Shown: in pieces, positions 51,134 to 59,525 of the stretch
How positions within the stretch are numbered: position 1 is the first letter of the stretch
Layout: the number at the start of each line of letters is the position of its first letter
Source: an uncultured virus (IMG/VR IMGVR_UViG_3300028396_000003)
Lineage: Duplodnaviria > Heunggongvirae > Uroviricota > Caudoviricetes
Strand: one strand, 5' to 3'
Virus record (IMG/VR): IMGVR_UViG_3300028396_000003
Length of the DNA stretch: 64,000 nucleotides
The notes under the pieces: model-generated
Database searches by the model: none
What the model was told of the DNA's origin: nothing
Seen by the model: only the letters and a program-made list of their open reading frames with translations
Program-made: the position numbers and the translations under genes

Positions 51134-51760
51134 TTAAACATTGTGGTTATATATTGTGCGATCATCACCGCGTGTATTGTAGAAATACTTTATACGTCGT
51201 ACACCATCGTGGTCAGTTGTCCAGTTATTAGAGAACTTTTCTTGACATGGTCTGAGGTTTTGGCGTATCGTATCAAAAGGTACAACAGCGCGCCAACGAA
51301 CGTCGTAAGTGTTTTCAGATAGTTTATTATAACAGCCAAAGATGATAATGTCAACACATTTTGGGTACAATCTGCGATTTCTTGCTAATTTATTTGCCAT
51401 ATAGTTTGGTATAGTCAACCATTTCTTTTCCATATGGTTTGGTAATGTTCCGGGATCTTGTGAGTTTTTAACCTCAGCTCTCCAACGGTTCCACTCAACA
51501 TCCCAATTATGAGTTTCAGGTTTGGTGTAGTCAAATTCAGCAGGGTTCATAACAGCACCTTGACGTACTAAAGCAAACTCTAGTATAACGCCTGCATAAG
51601 TATGTGCTAAGACGGTTGAATGACTTCTTCCACGTCGACGGGTTGGACACTCAAACATTTCTTGTGCCATAGTTTGAATGTGAGAAACCTCACCCTCGTT
51701 TAACTCGAGGATAAGGGGTTCTGGGAGTTTTAGCGGGAGTTGTAAAGAAGACTCAGACAC
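51134..51760 (-). CDS. Hypothetical protein, possible PD-(D/E)XK nuclease
   Basis: E...WDVEWNRWRAEVKN pattern (D-x(n)-EVK). Confidence 0.45.
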   Translation of the reverse strand: MSESSLQLPLKLPEPLILELNEGEVSHIQTMAQEMFECPTRRRGRSHSTVLAHTYAGVILEFALVRQGAVMNPAEFDYTKPETHNWDVEWNRWRAEVKNSQDPGTLPNHMEKKWLTIPNYMANKLARNRRLYPKCVDIIIFGCYNKLSENTYDVRWRAVVPFDTIRQNLRPCQEKFSNNWTTDHDGVRRIKYFYNTRGDDRTIYNHNV

Positions 51761-51992
51761 TGTTATAGTGCTTTTTCCAAGTTGAACCTATGGTACCATA
51801 ACCGGAACCAGACATATAAACTTGCCACATAATACGTGATACCTCACGTGAACTATTGGCTTTATCTAAATCGTAGATAAGTCTATTGTGTACAACTTTT
51901 TTAGTTTTCTTTACATCAATAAGATTATTTGCAGCTTCTCGAGCTTCAGTCAATTCCATCTTATCTAATTTTTGAAGTATTTCTAAATCCAT
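51753..51992 (-). CDS. Hypothetical protein (79 aa)
   Basis: Coupled to both neighbours. Confidence 0.7.
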   Translation of the reverse strand: MDLEILQKLDKMELTEAREAANNLIDVKKTKKVVHNRLIYDLDKANSSREVSRIMWQVYMSGSGYGTIGSTWKKHYNSV

Positions 51993-52288
51993 TATCTATC
52001 CCATACATTGTTATAACGATTGCGCTCATATACATATACATCAGCATGTGTAGCATATGGTAAAGGCAAACCTTGGTTATACATACGACCATTATGTCCT
52101 CTTGGACCACGACCTTGAAGTTTTACATACTTTTTTGTTTCATCAGGATATGCAGTGTTAGCAAGTTTAACAACAGTTCTTAGACCGTCTACTGCAGCCT
52201 GATCTTCAGCAACTGGTTTACCATCAAGCATTTTTACGGTAAAACGGTATGCAGTTGAATTGCGATTTTTTGTAGTATATGTAGTCAT
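51992..52288 (-). CDS. Hypothetical early protein (98 aa)
   Basis: First ORF after a promoter; YVKLQGRGPR motif. Confidence 0.7.
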   Translation of the reverse strand: MTTYTTKNRNSTAYRFTVKMLDGKPVAEDQAAVDGLRTVVKLANTAYPDETKKYVKLQGRGPRGHNGRMYNQGLPLPYATHADVYVYERNRYNNVWDR

Positions 52289-52315
52289 GATATAGTTTCC
52301 TTATTTGTTGATTCT

Positions 52316-52344
52316 AATATAACTGATTCTATTGAGAATGTCAA
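52316..52344 (-). promoter_or_regulatory. Early sigma70-type promoter with GANTC in the spacer
   Basis: TTGACA-ttctcaatAGAATCAGt-TATATT. Confidence 0.8.
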
Positions 52345-52347
52345 TAG

Positions 52348-52716
52348 TTAATTTAATATCATATCAACTTTTTTCTTAAATACGATTTCAGCTTCATCCC
52401 ATGAAGCGAATGAATTACTTGACAATCCATCTAATGTTTTTACATCTTTTACGAAGTTTGTTCCATTAGCATATACCATTTCGCCATACATATATGAGTT
52501 TTTATTAAAGCCTTCATCATCTTCGTATAATTCGTTTACACAAACATAACCGTTATGCTGACAAATGAATTCGTCAAAGCTATTAAGACTTCTTATGTTA
52601 TCTACATGATTGCCTACTTCGTCGCCAACTTTAGTACACATGGCAAGAGCGTCTTCTAATCGAGATGCCATTCCAACCGTATTTGATGGAAAGGTATTTG
52701 ATTTAATTGTAAACAT
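52348..52716 (-). CDS. Hypothetical early protein (122 aa)
   Basis: Has its own promoter and an AAGGA SD. Confidence 0.7.
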   Translation of the reverse strand: MFTIKSNTFPSNTVGMASRLEDALAMCTKVGDEVGNHVDNIRSLNSFDEFICQHNGYVCVNELYEDDEGFNKNSYMYGEMVYANGTNFVKDVKTLDGLSSNSFASWDEAEIVFKKKVDMILN

Positions 52717-52743
52717 ACTATTTTCCTTTTGTTGTTATATACT

Positions 52744-52772
52744 ATTATAACTGATTCTAAAAGGAATGTCAA
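52744..52772 (-). promoter_or_regulatory. Early sigma70-type promoter with GANTC in the spacer
   Basis: TTGACA-ttccttttAGAATCAGt-TATAAT. Confidence 0.85.
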
Positions 52773-52775
52773 TAG

Positions 52776-53021
52776 TTAATCGTAGCCGAGTCGAGCCACG
52801 CTTTTCATTTCTAATGTAAGGAGTTCTTGTACACGATTTTCATATGCTACTTCAAAACCTTCAAGTGCATATTGGGATCTTTCGTGGTTTCCCCATAGTC
52901 TTTTAAAATAACTATCATAAAGGTATTCAACAACTGAGTCTGGTTCTGACTTATCAATCAGTTGACCTTTCACCATCCAATTCAAACGGTTGGCTTCTTT
53001 ACGTACTTCTGGTGAGCACAT
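52776..53021 (-). CDS. Hypothetical protein (81 aa)
   Basis: Strong AGGAGG SD upstream. Confidence 0.75.
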   Translation of the reverse strand: MCSPEVRKEANRLNWMVKGQLIDKSEPDSVVEYLYDSYFKRLWGNHERSQYALEGFEVAYENRVQELLTLEMKSVARLGYD

Positions 53022-53022
53022 A

Positions 53023-53076
53023 GTGGGACCTCCTATATAAACAATGTAATATTATTTATGTTTTGGAGGTACCCAC
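53023..53076 (-). promoter_or_regulatory. SD-sequestering hairpin with a late-type promoter in its loop
   Basis: GTGGGTACCTCC pairs with GGAGGTCCCAC (the SD); CATAAATA at 53053-53060 lies between the arms. Confidence 0.65.
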
Positions 53077-53115
53077 CAGCCGCTGTGTTAGCGGTAACAT
53101 TTAAATTTATTTTAA

Positions 53116-54080
53116 TTAAATTGGATTAATTACATAATGAATAAGTAATACCAACGCTACTGAGGCGCCAAGACCAACCATCATTTTACCAAAGTCTTTA
53201 GCAACTAATGGAAATACTGATTTGGTTTTTCTTTTACCAAAGTATGTTGCCATAGCCAACTCACGTCCTGCTAATAGCCCAACGAAAACCCATGTTGTAC
53301 TCATAGGAATATCATTTAGTTCTTTAAAGAAATATAAACATAGCCAGTAAAACAAGTCAATCAATGTCGCTGATCTTACATATCGAGTATTATGTTTCTC
53401 TAATACAATTTGTTGGATTTTACCACCACGTTCTCTAAACATAAAGAACAATCCACCAACAAATACAAATGATATAAGTATCATTAAATCTACTGGTACT
53501 TGACGTGGTAAGAACACCGCAATGTTAGCAATGTCATGCGATAACCAAGTATACCATAAACCACCAGTAGCAAGCCACTGAGCAATACGCCAAAACTTTT
53601 TATTGCCTTCACTTATAGGTGCCGTTTCATCATACCATCTACCAAAGTATTTGTGAATTATAAACCATACTGCATAAGCAAACCCTGCAGCTACACCATA
53701 ACCCATAATGGATTTCATTAGCATCTTTTCTAATACAAAGGTGCTAGCAAATACTGATAAGACTAAGAATGATGTTGAAACTGGTACACCTAATCGAGTC
53801 AATGCAACTAGAATTGCAGGTGCTGCAGCATGGTACCATTGTACTTCTTGCCACGGGATTTTATTCAAACGACCATAACTAATGTCACCGCCATTCATCA
53901 TCCAACCATACCAAAGTGTGGCTAAAAGAACAGAGGACGCTGCTATCCATAATGTTTTATAACTAATCTCTCATTGTTTGATGCCATCCAAGTACCGAGA
54001 GTTTGTACTGAATCATTTGCTATAACTGCGTAAGCAGCAAGCAGGAATCCGATTAGACTCCACATTGTGAGTAGTTCCAT
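53116..54080 (-). pseudogene. PiT-like inorganic phosphate/anion transporter with a 1-nt frameshift near 53965 (pseudogene or sequencing error)
   Basis: MELLTMWSLIGFLLAAYAVIANDSVQTLGTW... from ATG 54080 continues in another frame as SYKTLWIAASSVLL...MMNGG; PiT-like AND, PVSTS, SHDIAN and PMSTT motifs. Confidence 0.7.
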
Positions 54081-54126
54081 AAATTTCTCCTTTATTGTTT
54101 GACGTTTTTACCACGTCGCTCACATT

Positions 54127-54157
54127 AAAAAAGGCAAGGTATTTACCACCTCACCTT
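54127..54157 (-). terminator. Intrinsic terminator / attenuator-like hairpin upstream of the transporter
   Basis: AAGGUGAGGU-GGUAAAU-ACCUUGCCUU followed by UUUU. Confidence 0.7.
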
Positions 54158-54164
54158 AATCTAT

Positions 54165-54320
54165 TTATTCTTCACCTAACCAAATATTAATACTTAATAG
54201 GTTTTTATCTCTTTTACTTATTGCGTATTCTATATTGAGATCATGTAATGCTTTTCTTAACGCTACTAATTTAGTAGGTTCTTTGGGTCTTACCCAGGTT
54301 TTTGATGGTTCATCATCCAT
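54165..54320 (-). CDS. Hypothetical protein (51 aa)
   Basis: My translation: MDDEPSKTWVRPKEPTKLVALRKALHDLNIEYAISKRDKNLLSINIWLGEE; TAATG coupling. Confidence 0.6.
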   Translation of the reverse strand: MDDEPSKTWVRPKEPTKLVALRKALHDLNIEYAISKRDKNLLSINIWLGEE

Positions 54321-54730
54321 TATAGAGCTTTCTTTAAATCGCCGTGGTTACCTTCATGGCTTGGAGCAGTCCAACCCTCTGGTTTAATCAAGTCAGGTAA
54401 TCCAAACGGATTTGGCCGACCTTCTTTAACACCAACATCTTTAGCAGCGTTTGCCTCGTAAACTTTATTCCAAGCCATATTTGCATCAACTCCAAATACA
54501 TCAAGTGTACCAATAGCGAATACGCACATATCAATTAAACCATCAACAATTTCTTCAGGATCTTTGGCTTCAATAGCATCCATCGTTTCCATGAGTTCTT
54601 CCTCACACATTGATAAACGAAACTTTAGGTATTTGTCCATCAAGTCTTTATTATCTTTATTGGCTTCAAACCATTCTCTGACGCCAAACTTGTTGTGCAT
54701 CATATACATATCGTTAGCAAAATCGCTCAT
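54320..54730 (-). CDS. MazG-like all-alpha NTP pyrophosphohydrolase
   Basis: EEELMET...EEIVDGLIDM, V.EAN..K, DLIKPEGW. Confidence 0.8.
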   Translation of the reverse strand: MSDFANDMYMMHNKFGVREWFEANKDNKDLMDKYLKFRLSMCEEELMETMDAIEAKDPEEIVDGLIDMCVFAIGTLDVFGVDANMAWNKVYEANAAKDVGVKEGRPNPFGLPDLIKPEGWTAPSHEGNHGDLKKAL

Positions 54731-54755
54731 ATTATAATCCTTTGTTGTTTATTAG

Positions 54756-54784
54756 ATAGTACCACACTATCACATATATGTCAA
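54756..54784 (-). promoter_or_regulatory. Sigma70-type promoter
   Basis: TTGACA-N17-TACTAT with extended TG. Confidence 0.75.
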
Positions 54785-54966
54785 TCAATATTTAAGTTAG
54801 ATAAGTACATCATCTCATCTTTTAGTTTAAGCTTTTTAACCTTGGCAGCTTTGATAGATTTGTCAGGTGCCTTTTCTGCTTCAAGCGCTTCAATCATTTT
54901 ATGTTGGTTGGCATGTTCTTTAGTTACCAACTCAAGTCTGTACTTTATATCTTCTGCAGTTTTCAT
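54781..54966 (-). CDS. DUF465/YdcH-like small coiled-coil protein
   Basis: L...EH...I..LE...KKLKLKDEM pattern. Confidence 0.65.
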   Translation of the reverse strand: MKTAEDIKYRLELVTKEHANQHKMIEALEAEKAPDKSIKAAKVKKLKLKDEMMYLSNLNID

Positions 54967-54976
54967 TATGTTCCCC

Positions 54977-57520
54977 TTATACAAAGAAGCTGTCTACGGT
55001 GTTTACTTTTTCAGCGGACCAACCGACAGCATCGAGGATCGCCTCTAACGGAGTTAGGAATACTTTTTCAAATTGCTTTTCATAGTCAATGTATTTAGCC
55101 AATTCCATTTCAGGTGGTAGTACACCCGGAAACGATATGATGTTTTCTTTGATTGGATTTGGCGTCTTAAGGTATACGAACTTGATTTTGTCGCCACCAT
55201 TAATTTCGTTATAACGTTTTTGCAGCTTGGCTTGTTTCATATAATGATTATATAGAATAGCACCACGTACGTGCATAGGACAACCTTTTTTGTATAGGGA
55301 TCCACTTTCACGATACTTGTCGATGTTATCAGTACCAGAGTTTTTAGCAATATCCTCTGCGCCAAGATTAAAGAATTTAGATTTAAAATCTGCAATGAAT
55401 TGTTGAGTTGCTTCTTCACCTTCGTTCATAATAATTTTAAACGATTTCTTTAACTCTTCACGACATACTTCTGGCGTTGATGAACGAACTGATTCCAAAC
55501 CAGTTACTGATACCTTAGGCTCGTCATAGTGAACACCTTCAGAGTTAAGCGTATTCATAATGTAACGTTTCTTGGCAATGAACACAGACTTATCAGTAAT
55601 CTTTTCTCGTTTCATTCCCATCGCTTGGCGATAAGCACCCATCTTTTTAGCAAGCTCTTCGTAACCAGCTTCAAGTACTGGCTCAATTTTCATTTGGCAA
55701 ACTTTATCAAGGAACTCCTCGCCTTTCTTACGGTCAACATCGACAGTACCAAAAGCGTTTTCAACGATAGGAGCCATATCAACATAGATAGAGTCAGTAT
55801 CAATATAAACAATATAATCTTTATCGGTTTTCAATATTTTATTGAGATAATCGTTTACTGATTTCTGAGCATATCGGATTGATAATTGACCAGATGTAGT
55901 AATCGCTTCAGCCATATCGTTAATATAGTATAGGAAGTAAATGTTTGCCATAGCGCCATACAATGAGTTCATACTAATTTTGATAGCCATCTGAGCATTA
56001 TGTAATTGGTTTGCTTCACGTTTCAAACGTTTGATTTCGCTTGGATCAGTTGCATCCTCAAGTTGTTGCTCGACCTTTAACATATTCTTTTTAATCACGG
56101 TACGATTACCATAGTATTCATCAATGATAGATGGAATAATACCTTTAAACTCGTTGGTAAAGCATGCACCATTTGCTGCTACTGACATTTTCTTATGCTC
56201 AGATTGATACGTACCTTTCAATACCATATCTTGGTTTACGAAATCTCGTTCATCAGATAGGTACGTTTCTGGCGACATATTATATTGTAGCATAAGGTGT
56301 GGATACAGAGAGTTCAAATCAAAAGATACAATCCAAGGATGCATACCAACTTTTGGATCTTTAACATAACCGCCGACAAGTTCGCCAGCACGTTGCCCAG
56401 GACCGCCTTTGATTGGTGGTACACGACCATCAAGTATTAGTTTACGATATAAAGTTGTTTCCCATATACCAACCGTACCAAATGCATCATTATAGTTCAC
56501 ACCGCCGCCATAAGCAACAGTCATAACCAACTGAAGCAGCGAGGTTTCATCCTCAAATCTTTGAATAAGCCACGTATCTTTAAGGTTATAGTCGAGATAT
56601 AGTTGAGGGTTTTGTTCGTACAAAGCATTAAGGTTACCATACTCAGAGTAATCTAATTTCTTTTCACCAAGTACAACATATGCGATGTGGTCAAGTTTCC
56701 ACGACTCTTGTGGTCCATACTTATAACCAAACTTTTTGAAGCAGTCCATATAATCAACAACCGCCATACCACCAATCTGATATGTGTTTTGCATCTTACC
56801 AAAGAACTCGCGACCAGTTTGTCGAATATTACGCCAAGGAGATAAATCTTTAATCCAATCTTCACCAAACATATTTTTCATACGTGTAATAATATATTGA
56901 ATGTCAAAATACTCTACGTTCCAACCTGTAACAATATCAGGATAGTCATTAATCCATAACTCTTTAAAGCGTTTGAGCAAAGCTTGCTCTGTATCAAACT
57001 TCATAAAGTGAATGTTATCTGGATCAATGTCAAGTAAAGTTTTACTTTTATCATAATCTTTACGACCAAGCAAATGGTAGTCTGAAGACTTTGAAGATTT
57101 ATAAGCGATAGATGTAATTTCTTTATCAGCAAAGTCAACATCAGGATAACCATCCGCAATGTCAACCTCGATGTCAAATGATACGATATTGATTTTAGAT
57201 GGATCAAAGTTGATGTTGTTTGGATATTCTTGTTGAATAAACTGAGCTACATAATTTGAACTACCTGCGATAGTCATGCCATGTACGTCTTTGTAACGTT
57301 CAATAAATTCTTTGGCTTCTCTCATGCCATCTTGTTTCATTGGCATCAAAGGTATGTCACCTTGGAGCGAACGAAAATTGGATGGGGCTCCATCTTTGGT
57401 GTTACAATATAACGTAGGCTCAAATTGAACCTTCTTAGAAAACCGTTTACCATTGGCGTCATAACCACGCCACAGAATGTTTTGGCCGAAGCGTTCGACC
57501 GATGTATAAAATTTAGACAT
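54977..57520 (-). CDS. gp43: Family B DNA polymerase gp43
   Basis: FDIEV exonuclease motif, [28 protein letters not shown]. Confidence 0.97.
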   Translation of the reverse strand: MSKFYTSVERFGQNILWRGYDANGKRFSKKVQFEPTLYCNTKDGAPSNFRSLQGDIPLMPMKQDGMREAKEFIERYKDVHGMTIAGSSNYVAQFIQQEYPNNINFDPSKINIVSFDIEVDIADGYPDVDFADKEITSIAYKSSKSSDYHLLGRKDYDKSKTLLDIDPDNIHFMKFDTEQALLKRFKELWINDYPDIVTGWNVEYFDIQYIITRMKNMFGEDWIKDLSPWRNIRQTGREFFGKMQNTYQIGGMAVVDYMDCFKKFGYKYGPQESWKLDHIAYVVLGEKKLDYSEYGNLNALYEQNPQLYLDYNLKDTWLIQRFEDETSLLQLVMTVAYGGGVNYNDAFGTVGIWETTLYRKLILDGRVPPIKGGPGQRAGELVGGYVKDPKVGMHPWIVSFDLNSLYPHLMLQYNMSPETYLSDERDFVNQDMVLKGTYQSEHKKMSVAANGACFTNEFKGIIPSIIDEYYGNRTVIKKNMLKVEQQLEDATDPSEIKRLKREANQLHNAQMAIKISMNSLYGAMANIYFLYYINDMAEAITTSGQLSIRYAQKSVNDYLNKILKTDKDYIVYIDTDSIYVDMAPIVENAFGTVDVDRKKGEEFLDKVCQMKIEPVLEAGYEELAKKMGAYRQAMGMKREKITDKSVFIAKKRYIMNTLNSEGVHYDEPKVSVTGLESVRSSTPEVCREELKKSFKIIMNEGEEATQQFIADFKSKFFNLGAEDIAKNSGTDNIDKYRESGSLYKKGCPMHVRGAILYNHYMKQAKLQKRYNEINGGDKIKFVYLKTPNPIKENIISFPGVLPPEMELAKYIDYEKQFEKVFLTPLEAILDAVGWSAEKVNTVDSFFV

Positions 57521-57547
57521 GTGTATCCTTAAACATAATATAAAATA

Positions 57548-57576
57548 ATACTAACACAGTTTGTTAGCAATGTCAA
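57548..57576 (-). promoter_or_regulatory. Sigma70-type promoter for gp43
   Basis: TTGACA-N17-TAGTAT with extended TG. Confidence 0.7.
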
Positions 57577-57803
57577 TCTTTTTCTTTCCAAGAATCCATT
57601 TCAGTAATAATTTCATCGCCATCCTTGTCATTAGCAATACCCAGCGCCATTGCTTGTATATCGTCAATAAGATTTTGGCAGGCAGCCTTGTCATATTGTT
57701 TATAAGAGATTTCAGAAAACTCGTTACGAACTCTATGTAACAAGATTGCTTTATCTTTCATTACGCTTATTCTTTTGATTAAATCTTCTATACTATGGCG
57801 CAT
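57573..57803 (-). CDS. Hypothetical protein (76 aa)
   Basis: AGGAG SD; lies between gp46 and gp43. Confidence 0.7.
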   Translation of the reverse strand: MRHSIEDLIKRISVMKDKAILLHRVRNEFSEISYKQYDKAACQNLIDDIQAMALGIANDKDGDEIITEMDSWKEKD

Positions 57804-57812
57804 CTGCTACTC

Positions 57813-59525
57813 CTACGCTGTTATTTCGCTAAAGTTCTTTACCTTTTTAAAGCGAATATGATTATCAAATTTATCACCAAACTGGTGACCACGGTGTGAG
57901 ATAACAAAGATGTTATCATCTGCGTTAAGATTATGTAACGTATCAATCAAACTTTCAATGCCAACACCATCAAGTGCTCCATCTAACGTTTCGTCAAGCA
58001 ATAATAAATTAGTTGATACTGAGTTACGAAGTTTGGCAACTGAACGCCAAGCCAACATAATCGCTAAGGTAATTCTAAGCTTTTCGCCTTCTGAAAACGA
58101 AGCATAAGAAAAAGCATCACGGAAACGAGATTTGATTACTTCATTAAAGTTTTCATCTAATTGAAAGTCAACGAACAACTCAAACGATCCAAGGTACTTA
58201 TTAATTAATTTATTCATTATTGGAATATATTGTCTGATAATACGAGTTTTAATACCACCATCACGTAACATAGCTTGAACAACAGTAAGTACTTCTCTAT
58301 CATCAAACAGGTCTTGCTGTTCAACTTCTGTACTCCTAAGTCTATCACTAATCTCTTGCAGCTTTGTAGTATCAACAGCTTCAACTTGTTCTTCAGCAGA
58401 TACCAATTCATTCTTATATGATACTAACGCATTCTTTGCCACCTTAATAGTAGCACGTTGGTCGCCAATACTAAGATTAATATCTCTCATTTGATCTTCA
58501 AGTACTGATATAGCCTCTAAACGATCTTCGTAAGCCTTTGCCTTTTCGGCTAGTTGTTTTAAACCAGTTTCCAATTCAGCAAGCTTAGTATCCTTTTCAC
58601 TTATAATACCGGCTTTAAATTCGTGTTCAATGCCTTGCTTACATGTTGGACAATCATCATGGTCTTGATAAAAAGATAACTCTTGTTGATGCGAACGTAC
58701 TTGGCTTTCAATATCTCGTCGTAATGACTTAGCCTTTTCAGACTTTGTTTTCATTTCAGGTTTATCTTTAACATCATCTAAAACTGTTTGTAAAACATCT
58801 TCTTGTCCACTTATTACTTGTTTAGCATCTTCAATTTCTTTGATGTGGACAGCCATCTTTTCACGGATTTTTTCAACCTCGTCTTCGCGTATTTTACGAA
58901 TAGAGGCGTTATGTTCTTTAGCAGAGCTTAACTTTGATTCCATTAAATCCATCTGATAACTGTTTTCAGTAATTGATTCTTTATTACCAGATACACGATC
59001 CTTAAGCAACGTATTCATAGTACTAAATACTTGAATATCTAATAGATCCTCGATGATTTCTCTACGTGAGTGAGCAGGTAATTCCATAAACGGAACATAT
59101 GTTGCGCTACCAAGAATAACAATCTGGTTAAAAGATTTATAATTTAGATTAAGAATGTTTTGCTCAAGATAAGCTTGATAATCTTTTGAGGCAGCATCTT
59201 GGTTTATCATTACGTTATCTTTCCAAATTTCAAATATATTTGGTTTGATACCACGACGTATTAGATAATTAACAGTACCAACAGAAAACGTAATCTCAAC
59301 TTGAGCCTCACGTGCGTTGATAGTATTAATCAATTGGTTTTTATTGACTTTGCGAAATGCTCTACCATATAAAGCAAAAACAATAGCATCAAGTAATGTA
59401 GACTTTCCGCTGCCGTTTGTGCCACTGATAAGAGTAGTTCGGTCTTGATCTAAACGTACTTCAGACCAAGCGTTACCTGATGATAGCAGGTTTTTATATT
59501 TTATTGTCTTAAATGTTATTTTCAT
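57813..59525 (-). CDS. gp46: Recombination endonuclease subunit gp46 (Rad50/SbcC-like)
   Basis: GTNGSGKST, CPTC zinc hook, FSEGEK, LLDE, VISH. Confidence 0.95.
   Translation of the reverse strand: MKITFKTIKYKNLLSSGNAWSEVRLDQDRTTLISGTNGSGKSTLLDAIVFALYGRAFRKVNKNQLINTINAREAQVEITFSVGTVNYLIRRGIKPNIFEIWKDNVMINQDAASKDYQAYLEQNILNLNYKSFNQIVILGSATYVPFMELPAHSRREIIEDLLDIQVFSTMNTLLKDRVSGNKESITENSYQMDLMESKLSSAKEHNASIRKIREDEVEKIREKMAVHIKEIEDAKQVISGQEDVLQTVLDDVKDKPEMKTKSEKAKSLRRDIESQVRSHQQELSFYQDHDDCPTCKQGIEHEFKAGIISEKDTKLAELETGLKQLAEKAKAYEDRLEAISVLEDQMRDINLSIGDQRATIKVAKNALVSYKNELVSAEEQVEAVDTTKLQEISDRLRSTEVEQQDLFDDREVLTVVQAMLRDGGIKTRIIRQYIPIMNKLINKYLGSFELFVDFQLDENFNEVIKSRFRDAFSYASFSEGEKLRITLAIMLAWRSVAKLRNSVSTNLLLLDETLDGALDGVGIESLIDTLHNLNADDNIFVISHRGHQFGDKFDNHIRFKKVKNFSEITA

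Noticed and set aside
54977..57520. Intein or intron in the DNA polymerase
   Set aside because: 847 aa with contiguous motifs, a normal length for gp43.
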